Below, piece after piece: positions 24,135-32,644 of a stretch of DNA of 55,362 nucleotides. Numbering within the stretch: position 1 is the stretch's first letter; each line of letters starts with the position of its first letter. The DNA lies in IMG/VR virus record IMGVR_UViG_3300006734_000009, positions 1-55,362 of that record; one strand, 5' to 3'. A program made the position numbers and the translations under genes. Source of the stretch: a virus. Lineage: Duplodnaviria > Caudoviricetes. The notes beneath the pieces are model-generated. The model was not told the origin of the DNA and ran no database searches. It saw only the letters and a list, made by a program, of their open reading frames with translations.

Positions 24135-25561
24135 GTTGGAAATTGATTTTAAAAAACCAAAAGGACACTTTGGAAAGGCTAATAACTTCCCTTGAGAACA
24201 GGGGACACCCGGAATACCCCGGTGATATTATTAGGGAACACATTGATGGACTTAAAGACATAGAATGGAATGGGGACTTTGTTTTTAGTAATAAGCACAG
24301 CGAAATTAAATTTCACCCTAGAGAGTTTTTTAATACTCGTGTAGTGAGCGTGGATAGGTTTTTCACTTTAATGGATAAAGAAAAATTTATAGACCTCTAT
24401 GATACTGATTTTGAGCAGGACCCGGACATAGAAGATTTGGGCTACAGTAGAGAACAATTAGAAGGCATCTTAGCCTCCTTCAAAGCACTAAATTGGTTTT
24501 TGGAAAATGTTCCTGCCGGTCAAATAGAAACCTCTAGGTATTCATCTGGTAATTGGATGGCATTTGATGTGGGAGAGAGCAGAATTATTGTAAATCTAAC
24601 CCCACAATGTAGCAACAGGGCTAGTTATTGGTCGGGAGAATACGATATGTGTCTCTCCCCCGATGAACAAGGTGATGCAAAATCACCTGCCGATAGATGG
24701 CTTACTTATTACATGTTATACTCATCTTTGTCCGAAATGGACGAATCCGAAATTGAGCAAATGGCAGATAAACAAATGATTCCTGATGTAATTTGGCACG
24801 CCTCCGTCGGTGGGGGGGATTTGACTTGTAGCAATTGCGGAACGGGAGTTATTTGGGTCCAGTTAAACGACCCGGGCGGACATGAAGAATGCGACTACTG
24901 CGGAGCGATGCTAGATAAATCAGACTACCAAATAGAAATACACGAGGGCGACGGTATTCATGGGACGGTTGAAGCCGTCGGCATCGGTTGTCCTTACGGA
25001 CACCAAGTTAATTACCACGATGGAAGTAGTTTTTATTGTGATGAACACGGTGTTAACATTATCAATGAAAATAAAGGAGCATATGAATATGAGGGCTTAC
25101 AGGGTATTGGGGATTATCGTATCTATAACGGAAGACTTTTTAATGATAATACATACGAAATAAGAGACATGAGATACGAAACACTAAGAGAGTTGTTCAC
25201 CTTTGAAGAAATGGTAGACGACCCGGAATTTAGAGAATACGCATTTGACGCCTATAATTACCAACTCGTTGACGGCCAAGATGATATATATTACTCGGAC
25301 ATACAAGAAAATTACTATAATGTTGAAACCGATGAATTTACCGAGCCCCAGCCCGAAAAATTTGAAGAAATGAAGGGCCACATCCGTTCCTCCGGTATAG
25401 AAGTTGAATTTGACGAGGATATGCCCTTTGCAGAATCCTTAAGTGAAGTCATAGAAAGGGTTAAAGAAATGATTGCCGAGGGAGAAGAGGAAGAGGAGGA
25501 ACCCAATTACCTAAAGGACGCAAAAAACCTACTCTTGGAATTAGAATCTATGGAGTATTGA
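24131..25561 (+). CDS. WxxhhK-motif acidic protein with divergent Cys domain and two Zn fingers
   Basis: MSWKLILK; MCLSPD..SPADRWLTYYML; CSNC..CDYC; CPYGH..CDEH. Confidence 0.7.
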   Translation: MSWKLILKNQKDTLERLITSLENRGHPEYPGDIIREHIDGLKDIEWNGDFVFSNKHSEIKFHPREFFNTRVVSVDRFFTLMDKEKFIDLYDTDFEQDPDIEDLGYSREQLEGILASFKALNWFLENVPAGQIETSRYSSGNWMAFDVGESRIIVNLTPQCSNRASYWSGEYDMCLSPDEQGDAKSPADRWLTYYMLYSSLSEMDESEIEQMADKQMIPDVIWHASVGGGDLTCSNCGTGVIWVQLNDPGGHEECDYCGAMLDKSDYQIEIHEGDGIHGTVEAVGIGCPYGHQVNYHDGSSFYCDEHGVNIINENKGAYEYEGLQGIGDYRIYNGRLFNDNTYEIRDMRYETLRELFTFEEMVDDPEFREYAFDAYNYQLVDGQDDIYYSDIQENYYNVETDEFTEPQPEKFEEMKGHIRSSGIEVEFDEDMPFAESLSEVIERVKEMIAEGEEEEEEPNYLKDAKNLLLELESMEY

Positions 25562-25599
25562 CAAAAGAATATAAATAGTAATAGCGGAGATGGTGTAAT

Positions 25600-25809
25600 A
25601 TGAAGTGGCAAGATTTTTTGAAGAAGTCCGATGTTAGTCGGGAAGATTGGAACACCGCTATCAAATCCTTTATTGACGAGGGTAAAAAATTAGGCGTCCC
25701 GCTAGATGTAATCTCTTTACTAAAGGAGGCCATGACGACTTCCTCTTCGGATGCTTCTGCGGTCATCAACACCACCTACGGAGGAGATGAAGATGACGAA
25801 AACGAGTGA
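25600..25809 (+). CDS. Small WxxhhK-motif protein
   Basis: MKWQDFLKKS. Confidence 0.6.
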   Translation: MKWQDFLKKSDVSREDWNTAIKSFIDEGKKLGVPLDVISLLKEAMTTSSSDASAVINTTYGGDEDDENE

Positions 25810-26941
25810 TTTTTCTTGGAGGCAGGACGAAGCCCGAGCCTTAATGGATAAGTTTGAACAGTTTTGGTCGCAGAACCCCGGCGACTACGGTATTACAGGT
25901 GGAACCGATGCTGGTTCGGGCGGTGCAAACGCTAAAAATTTATTTGTCACAATGCAGAACCACGGCTCAGTTTCTAGAAAAACCAAAGGAAAGGGTTCCG
26001 TTGGTGGATTGTTTTTTGGGGCGGGGGCCGTTTGGGAACAACTAGAGGACTTAGTAGAGGATAATTTAATTTTGGAAGACGAGGTTGAAGATTTTGACCG
26101 CCTCCTACGACAACTTGACCGATTAGAGGGCGGGGACCGCGACCCAAGAAATATTATTTTTAACACGGTTATTTCCTACGATAGTGAGAGTGGGGAGGCC
26201 GAAAGAGGAGAAGTTAGGGGGCATTTCCTAACCGAGGCCTACTACAACTTCCGTAAGGATAAAGCAGAAAAATCCGGCTCGGCCTACAATGTTTCCCGAC
26301 CAAAGGAGGAGTGGGTATCTCTAGATAAGAAAAAAAACGAGGCAAAACCCCCACTGTGGAGAATTATCTTCGGAAGAAAAAACAGTCTCCGCACGCTAAT
26401 TGAGGACATCAAAAAACTTACAGAGCCGATTCCACCACCCATCGCACACTTGGATGTAAAAATTAATAAAAGAAGAACCGGACAACTTGCTAAAATTACT
26501 CAAGTTCAACAGGCTGTAAGAAATGTATTGGAAATGCCTAGTATTTATGAAGCAGGAAAGCGGCGTGCGCCAAACAAAGGTAGGCTTAACGAGGCCATGA
26601 GCCAACAGGTCATTGGCACTACACCCGAAATGATGAAATTGATTGGTCCCGATGCAACCGTTTTAGTGGAAAACGAGGGAAAAATTATTACCCGTAATTT
26701 AGACGAGTTTCCCAATTATGAGAATATTAAATCCATTACCTTGAATTTTCCTAGAAATAACATTATTTTAAACAGACTCATTAGAGAAGTTATGGGGGAT
26801 GAAATGGAAACCTTTGAACGACCTAACCGAGTTGAAGATGGCCCCATCGGTTTAGTATTAACCTCAGCCGACGAAGCAGAATTAATTCACGACGCAACTA
26901 CTATTATGAAAAATTTAATGGGGTGGAACCGTGAGGCGTAA
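25793..26941 (+). CDS. Hypothetical (probable virion-associated) protein
   Basis: Long ORF in the late operon. Confidence 0.65.
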   Translation: MTKTSDFSWRQDEARALMDKFEQFWSQNPGDYGITGGTDAGSGGANAKNLFVTMQNHGSVSRKTKGKGSVGGLFFGAGAVWEQLEDLVEDNLILEDEVEDFDRLLRQLDRLEGGDRDPRNIIFNTVISYDSESGEAERGEVRGHFLTEAYYNFRKDKAEKSGSAYNVSRPKEEWVSLDKKKNEAKPPLWRIIFGRKNSLRTLIEDIKKLTEPIPPPIAHLDVKINKRRTGQLAKITQVQQAVRNVLEMPSIYEAGKRRAPNKGRLNEAMSQQVIGTTPEMMKLIGPDATVLVENEGKIITRNLDEFPNYENIKSITLNFPRNNIILNRLIREVMGDEMETFERPNRVEDGPIGLVLTSADEAELIHDATTIMKNLMGWNREA

Positions 26942-27596
26942 AGTTTTGAAAACCTGTCCGTTGTGTAATCACCCCCAACGGGATGAATTAGAAAGAGACA
27001 TTCTTTCCGGTGATATTACCGCAGGAGAACTTGACCGAGAGGAAGATTGGAAAGCGGGAACTACCCGTAGACATATGCAGGAACACTTGGGCGATTATTT
27101 GGATAATTCTAATGAGTCTTGTCCGTTTTGTGTGGCCCCAAACAGAAATGATTTAGAAGCGGCCCTCTCCGCCGGTTCTATGAAGCCTAGCGAGGTCGCT
27201 GAATATTTGGATTGTAGTGTTGACTCGGTTAGATTGCATATGAAAAAGCACCTTAAGCCGTTGGTGCAGAAGGCCGCTTCTTTAGAGTTAGCAAAGGTTG
27301 AAATTGACGAGATTAATATGTTGAGTAATAACATTCAAATGCTACAACAGAAGGTGCAGGAATTTATTTTTGACAACGATGAATTAGACCACCGGACGAT
27401 TGACTCGTTGGTTAAATTAAGTAAAGAAATCCGAGAGTCGTTAAAATACGCTTTGGAGTTTAAGGGACAATTAGTTCACAAGCGGGAGGAAACCGTAGTG
27501 GTGCAACAAATTGAAGTTATCCAAAAGGTTTTAATAGACCGTTATCCACAGGTATGGAACGAGATACGAGATTCAATAGCGGAGAGATTAGCATGA
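26931..27596 (+). CDS. Putative terminase small subunit (duplicated Zn-HTH plus coiled coil)
   Basis: Two repeats CxxC..P.R..LE..L......RHM..HL, followed by an oligomerisation coiled coil. Confidence 0.55.
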   Translation: MRRKVLKTCPLCNHPQRDELERDILSGDITAGELDREEDWKAGTTRRHMQEHLGDYLDNSNESCPFCVAPNRNDLEAALSAGSMKPSEVAEYLDCSVDSVRLHMKKHLKPLVQKAASLELAKVEIDEINMLSNNIQMLQQKVQEFIFDNDELDHRTIDSLVKLSKEIRESLKYALEFKGQLVHKREETVVVQQIEVIQKVLIDRYPQVWNEIRDSIAERLA

Positions 27597-28087
27597 GTTG
27601 GGAAGATGTATTAAAAAGAAGTGTGTTAAACAACCAATTGGGGGAATTTATTGAATATTTACAAATGACCCCCCCGGAATTTGATAACGAGACTAGTTTT
27701 ATAGGTGTTAAAAGAGTAGAACCAACCGAAGAAATCCCCTTTCCCACTGTAACTATTAAGGTTAGAGAGCCAGTAGAAGCAAAAATAACAAAAAGAGAAC
27801 TTTCAAAATATGCTAAAAACACAGTAGAAGAAGACGGAGAAATTCTAATAAATGGGATTGTTATTGGTGAATATTTTGAAGAGGGCGGAGATATTCTAAT
27901 AAATCAAAGTCGCTCAATAACAGATTCACAAATTCAAGAAGTTTTTGATTACTTCGTAAATAATATCACCGATGAAGAATTAGCAACCTATAAAGAAGAA
28001 CTTCCCCAAATGTTTAGTAGCGCACAGTCTTATTCTCAATCACAGAACTTTTGGGAAAACGCTTTTAGAAATAGTAGGAGAGATTAG
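27593..28087 (+). CDS. WxxhhK-motif protein
   Basis: MSWEDVLKRS; ATGA overlap with the upstream gene. Confidence 0.65.
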   Translation: MSWEDVLKRSVLNNQLGEFIEYLQMTPPEFDNETSFIGVKRVEPTEEIPFPTVTIKVREPVEAKITKRELSKYAKNTVEEDGEILINGIVIGEYFEEGGDILINQSRSITDSQIQEVFDYFVNNITDEELATYKEELPQMFSSAQSYSQSQNFWENAFRNSRRD

Positions 28088-28088
28088 C

Positions 28089-28631
28089 ATGACTTGGTGG
28101 GACATTATTAAAGCAAGAGATTTTATGCAAGAACCCTTGGGGGAAAAATATGACGCATACATGTATATCGTAGACCTCCTAGACAAAAGAGAAATGGCCG
28201 TTAAGGAAATGCTTTTAGAAGCATTTGAGGCTTGGAAGGATGAAAGAATTGAGGTTAGCGTTAATTATTTCACCTTAAGAGGCGGCGGATTCCGACAATT
28301 AGGAATGGTAGAAAATTTGAAATTTACCCCCGAAGAAATAAGAGAATATAAGCAACTTAGTCTAAAAGTAAGTCGTGGACAAGCCACCCCTGAAGAAACA
28401 CAAAGACTTAGAACCCTTAGTGATAAGGGAGGAATTATTGTCGGAGAGGATAAGGGGTCGGGAGAAAACCCATCATCCTTTTACCCCAACAATACTATTA
28501 CTTTTCACAAAGAACCCTTTGACCCAAGCAACGAAAGGGTTTCCTTACAAGTGGAACTTAGGGACGGGGTGTTTTACCCCCTAAATAAAGAGCGGTTTAT
28601 TATCAAAATGGAAAAACTCTTGGGGCTTTAA
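28089..28631 (+). CDS. WxxhhK-motif protein
   Basis: MTWWDIIKAR. Confidence 0.65.
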   Translation: MTWWDIIKARDFMQEPLGEKYDAYMYIVDLLDKREMAVKEMLLEAFEAWKDERIEVSVNYFTLRGGGFRQLGMVENLKFTPEEIREYKQLSLKVSRGQATPEETQRLRTLSDKGGIIVGEDKGSGENPSSFYPNNTITFHKEPFDPSNERVSLQVELRDGVFYPLNKERFIIKMEKLLGL

Positions 28632-28633
28632 GT

Positions 28634-29224
28634 ATGAACTGGAAACTAATTCTTAAGTCGGAAAAGGACCCAAGAGATTTTTTTGAAGGATTTATTAATG
28701 ATAAAAAAGAATATAATAGAAGGGGAAGCAAAGTTTTAACTTCTCTTAAAGAGGGCCTATTTGATTTTATTTCCCGATGGGGCGTTGAAACCTACGAGGA
28801 TATACTAGAATCGGGAGAACTGGGAGATGTTAGGCAAGGACATTTTATTTTTACTAACCAATACTACCGCAACGGAAAAATTGATTTTGATGCTTATAAC
28901 GACCCGCAGGGTAGAGAACAGCGGATAGGAGAGGTTTTACGGAGAGAGGCTTACTATCAAATTTTAGTTTCAGTATCACAAAACAAGCGCAATTTTGGAT
29001 TGCCCCTATTTTTATTTGATATTATAAACGGTGAGGGAGCAGACCCAAACTTTAGACCAACAATTACCGGAGTTTTTGCTGGAAAAAACCCAGATTTGAC
29101 TCAATTTGATACAGAGATTGAGACTGAAATACAACACGACACAATAGAATTCCTTGAAACATTAGTTGAGGAAATTAAAACTCTACCCGAACCTAGAAAG
29201 CAATTGGGGGGCGGTTCGTCTTGA
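28634..29224 (+). CDS. WxxhhK-motif protein
   Basis: MNWKLILKSE. Confidence 0.65.
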   Translation: MNWKLILKSEKDPRDFFEGFINDKKEYNRRGSKVLTSLKEGLFDFISRWGVETYEDILESGELGDVRQGHFIFTNQYYRNGKIDFDAYNDPQGREQRIGEVLRREAYYQILVSVSQNKRNFGLPLFLFDIINGEGADPNFRPTITGVFAGKNPDLTQFDTEIETEIQHDTIEFLETLVEEIKTLPEPRKQLGGGSS

Positions 29225-29436
29225 AGTGGGAAACAATTCTAAAAATTGACTGGCGAGAAATTGTTGACGAGTTAATGCAACCGGACAATGTTCTTTTTGA
29301 CTCGCTATACATGGAACTCTCCCAAAGGTTAGGGTTTAAGGCTCCCTCAAAGGACGAGGTAATTGACTACTTGGAGGATAACTACTCAAGGCATAAAATT
29401 TGGAACAATTTATATAGTATTAGTGAGGATGAATAA
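29221..29436 (+). CDS. Small WxxhhK-motif protein
   Basis: MKWETILKID. Confidence 0.6.
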   Translation: MKWETILKIDWREIVDELMQPDNVLFDSLYMELSQRLGFKAPSKDEVIDYLEDNYSRHKIWNNLYSISEDE

Positions 29437-29543
29437 TTAATGACGAGATGTGTTCTCTTGGATGAATGGTTTGATGCTGAGTCGGAAAAAATTGATAAGA
29501 AAGAATCTAAAACAAAAAAATGTTTTGTAACGGGGGAAAGTAA

Positions 29544-29801
29544 ATGTCTTGGGAAGATATTGTCAAAAAAAGAGACATGACCGGAGGCATGAACTCTATT
29601 GTTGATTTTATCGCCCGTCTGCGAGAAAACATTACCGAGATGGAAGAAATCGTTAAGGAATCGTTTGCTACTTCAACAGACGACCCGATAGCCCCGTTTG
29701 ATGTAGCCGATGCAAAGGACTTACTAGACGACTACAAAAAATTCTCAAAAAGTGTAGAGGTGTTATTTCAAAAAATGATTCAACAGGGGGAGATGGCATG
29801 A
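29544..29801 (+). CDS. Small WxxhhK-motif protein
   Basis: MSWEDIVKKR. Confidence 0.6.
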   Translation: MSWEDIVKKRDMTGGMNSIVDFIARLRENITEMEEIVKESFATSTDDPIAPFDVADAKDLLDDYKKFSKSVEVLFQKMIQQGEMA

Positions 29802-30154
29802 CGGGGTGGTGGGAAATTGTTAAACTCCGGTTGGGTCATTTAGAACACCTCATTGGTCAGTTAACACACTTTCACAACACCTCACTAGCGAGGCAATATA
29901 TTTCTAAAGAGGACCGACCTAAAGCAGAACGCCTCTTTGAAAAAATTAAAGGTATGCTGAATGACCCTAATTTATTTGACAGACTAGACGCAAGAGGAAA
30001 CCCACTAGCAGACCCCATGAATTCCTACTACTCTCTTTTGGTCGCTTCCCCGGAAATGCACCACCGAGACTTTGGACATTTATACGAGGCCATCTTTGAC
30101 CAATTGGAAGAAATGCGTCGTCTAAACTTGGAAGGGGATGGTGTGGGTGTCTAA
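29798..30154 (+). CDS. WxxhhK-motif protein
   Basis: MTGWWEIVKLR. Confidence 0.6.
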   Translation: MTGWWEIVKLRLGHLEHLIGQLTHFHNTSLARQYISKEDRPKAERLFEKIKGMLNDPNLFDRLDARGNPLADPMNSYYSLLVASPEMHHRDFGHLYEAIFDQLEEMRRLNLEGDGVGV

Positions 30155-30932
30155 TTGGTTTTCTATTCTTAAGATTAGAACCCAAGACGGGAAAATGATG
30201 ACTATTCCTAGTATTGAAGAATACCATGAAAAGTTTAGACAAGAACTTCGCCCGGTTGTTCTAGCGGAATACCGAAAGGTAAGCGACCGAGCCACCGAAG
30301 CGTCAAAAATTAACATCAAGCGTTATTCTAAAACCCCCGGTTTTGTTGAATATGATGCCTCTTGGAGGGACAGAAATACCGAAGAAACTCATTCAATTAT
30401 TATCAAGTATAAGGGAAGCGGAGAAGAGGATGAACCCCACGAAGTTATTGCCGTGTTTTCCGACAACCTCGGACCAGAACTACAAATGGGAACGGACTTT
30501 GAAGCAAACACCCCATACGACTTTCTTCAAGAAGTGGTTAAAAGAATTGAAGATTTTTACCAATCCCGAGCAAAAACTGAATCTTTGGGGGTTCCATCAA
30601 TTGAAGAAGATGAGGATAGGGTTTCCACGACCGAATACAATAGAAGTCTAGAAGAAGCAAACCCCGGCTATCGGATGGTCGAAGGTAAATTGAGAAATTT
30701 AGCAGATATGGAAAGACTCGCTAGAATTAAAGGAATTAACCTAAATGAAATCCTAGCGAGAAATAATTTAACGATGGCTGATTTCGTGGATGAAATACCT
30801 CAACAACCACAACCCGAAGAACCCGCCCCAAGAGAACCACAAGTTAGCGAGAGAAGGGAAAGGATGCGGGGAAGAAGAGATTTATTACGCCCTAGAAGAG
30901 GAAGAAGAGGCCCTGTTAGAGAAGAGGAATAA
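30138..30932 (+). CDS. WxxhhK-motif protein with Arg-rich C-terminal tail
   Basis: NWFSILKIR; tail RRERMRGRRDLLRPRRGRRG. Confidence 0.65.
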   Translation: MVWVSNWFSILKIRTQDGKMMTIPSIEEYHEKFRQELRPVVLAEYRKVSDRATEASKINIKRYSKTPGFVEYDASWRDRNTEETHSIIIKYKGSGEEDEPHEVIAVFSDNLGPELQMGTDFEANTPYDFLQEVVKRIEDFYQSRAKTESLGVPSIEEDEDRVSTTEYNRSLEEANPGYRMVEGKLRNLADMERLARIKGINLNEILARNNLTMADFVDEIPQQPQPEEPAPREPQVSERRERMRGRRDLLRPRRGRRGPVREEE

Positions 30933-30979
30933 AAAGTATTATATATGGGATTCCTCTTAGGGCCAACTAAGGTGGTTTT

Positions 30980-31156
30980 ATGACTATTGAAGAAAAAATT
31001 GAAAAGGTCGCAGAAGAGACCGAAGACTTGGTGGAACTTGCTGAGGATTTGGGCTTAATTAGTGAAGCAGACGAAGCCAAATATAAGGCCATTTTAAAGA
31101 AGGCTCTCCCAGCGTTATTGGTTGCAGTTCCATTGTTCATTGTTCTCCTTCAATGA
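30980..31156 (+). CDS. 58-aa protein with C-terminal TM helix
   Basis: MTIEEKIEKVAEETEDLVELAEDLG...KKALPALLVAVPLFIVLLQ; TATA-like sequence and SD upstream. Confidence 0.6.
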   Translation: MTIEEKIEKVAEETEDLVELAEDLGLISEADEAKYKAILKKALPALLVAVPLFIVLLQ

Positions 31157-32643
31157 TTGGTATGTCCGCCCAACGAAAGTTTCGTAGTGCGTTAGGGCGT
31201 GCGGATAGAAACAGAGAATATTCCATTGAGTTTGAAGAACTTACTCCTCAATTGATGGATGAGATTAGAACTCTTCTTTCCGAGGGAGAGGAAGCATTAA
31301 TTCAATACGCTGAAAATTTCACACCTAGAATGTCGGAAGAAAAAAGAAGAAAGGTCGTAGGGGAATTATTGGACCAATTTCAAAACATCTTAGAAAACTC
31401 TCTAATGATTCAGTTAGGTAAGTTGGGTGTTGAGGGACCGTCAAACGCCCCCACTAAAACCATGTCGGATATTTACGAAATGGAAGGTAGTTCGGCGGAA
31501 GATTGGTTCTCTAATAATAAGCAGGACCTATACGATAAATTCATTAATGGGGATTTTAGACCACTGTTTAATACTTATACTTTTTTTAAGGCACAGGGAC
31601 TTGAGGAAGAATACCAAAATACTATCTCCACCGTGAAAACAAATGAGGAGGTTGATAACGCCTTACCTTTATTGGACGACACCAACCGAGAAAAAATTAC
31701 CGGCGACAGCGTAGAAATTTTACAGGTGTTTAGAGAAATTGATACTAGTCGCCTACCCGAACTAAAAGATGTCTTGGGTGGTGGGAAAGAATTAACACCC
31801 CTCGGTGAACTTAGGGAAATCACGCCCTCCGATGTAAGGAATTTCTCTAGCGAGGAACAATTACAGAATTTTTTGGAATTGATTATTTCTGCTAACTCCC
31901 GAACAAACAACACTAGTGTAGCAATCGCTTCTTTGGCTGACCTCGCTATTGTCCCGTTAACAACTTTCGTGAGAAGACTTTTCCGAACCTCTTCAAACAA
32001 GGATGGGGTTCAATTTTTAAATCTGTTCGCTAACTTGGTTTCTCGTAGGGGTGAGACACAAACAGAAGGTAAATTTAGGCTCGGTGCAGGAGACTTGGTT
32101 CCCACCGGACAAATGCTTAGGGACTTTTATGATTTTGAAAAACCCGATGAACCCTACCAAGAATGGGTTAGGGACAGAGATACAGCCGCATTTAACACCC
32201 GCCTTGAGGCTTTCGTTAGTCGGGGGGAGAATAGAAATCTAACCCGCCAAAGAAGAACTACGGGTGGGCGGGAACTTTTGGCCTACTACGGAGCGGGTTC
32301 CCCTCGTAGGGGAAAAATTGTTCCTAATTTTGCCGTGGGGATTCAGCCCGACCAAGCCTTACCCTCCCTTGTTGGGTTTATTCAATTGTTTGACAGTTCG
32401 TTTAATTTAAACGATGTTCCAGCGTTTAGAAGCATTGATTTCCAAACTCAAGCCGACGAAATAGAAAGTCAATTAAATGACCTGCTAGTAGAAGGTATGG
32501 GGGCTTTAAGAAGAGGAATGGTTGGCGAGTTTAATGATGTGTTAGAGATTATTTATAATCGTCCGGGGATGTCCTTTAAGTCGGTAGGCGGGATGTCGGC
32601 TTTGGAATTCTTGGAAGAGTTAGATATTATAGAGAGGGATTAA
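31153..32643 (+). CDS. Hypothetical protein (probable virion/internal)
   Basis: 496-aa ORF in the late operon. Confidence 0.7.
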   Translation: MIGMSAQRKFRSALGRADRNREYSIEFEELTPQLMDEIRTLLSEGEEALIQYAENFTPRMSEEKRRKVVGELLDQFQNILENSLMIQLGKLGVEGPSNAPTKTMSDIYEMEGSSAEDWFSNNKQDLYDKFINGDFRPLFNTYTFFKAQGLEEEYQNTISTVKTNEEVDNALPLLDDTNREKITGDSVEILQVFREIDTSRLPELKDVLGGGKELTPLGELREITPSDVRNFSSEEQLQNFLELIISANSRTNNTSVAIASLADLAIVPLTTFVRRLFRTSSNKDGVQFLNLFANLVSRRGETQTEGKFRLGAGDLVPTGQMLRDFYDFEKPDEPYQEWVRDRDTAAFNTRLEAFVSRGENRNLTRQRRTTGGRELLAYYGAGSPRRGKIVPNFAVGIQPDQALPSLVGFIQLFDSSFNLNDVPAFRSIDFQTQADEIESQLNDLLVEGMGALRRGMVGEFNDVLEIIYNRPGMSFKSVGGMSALEFLEELDIIERD

Positions 32644-32644
32644 A

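Noticed and set aside
19259-30932. Diversity-generating retroelement driving the paralog array
   Set aside because: No reverse transcriptase and no near-identical TR/VR pair differing at adenines was seen; paralogs are diverged throughout.
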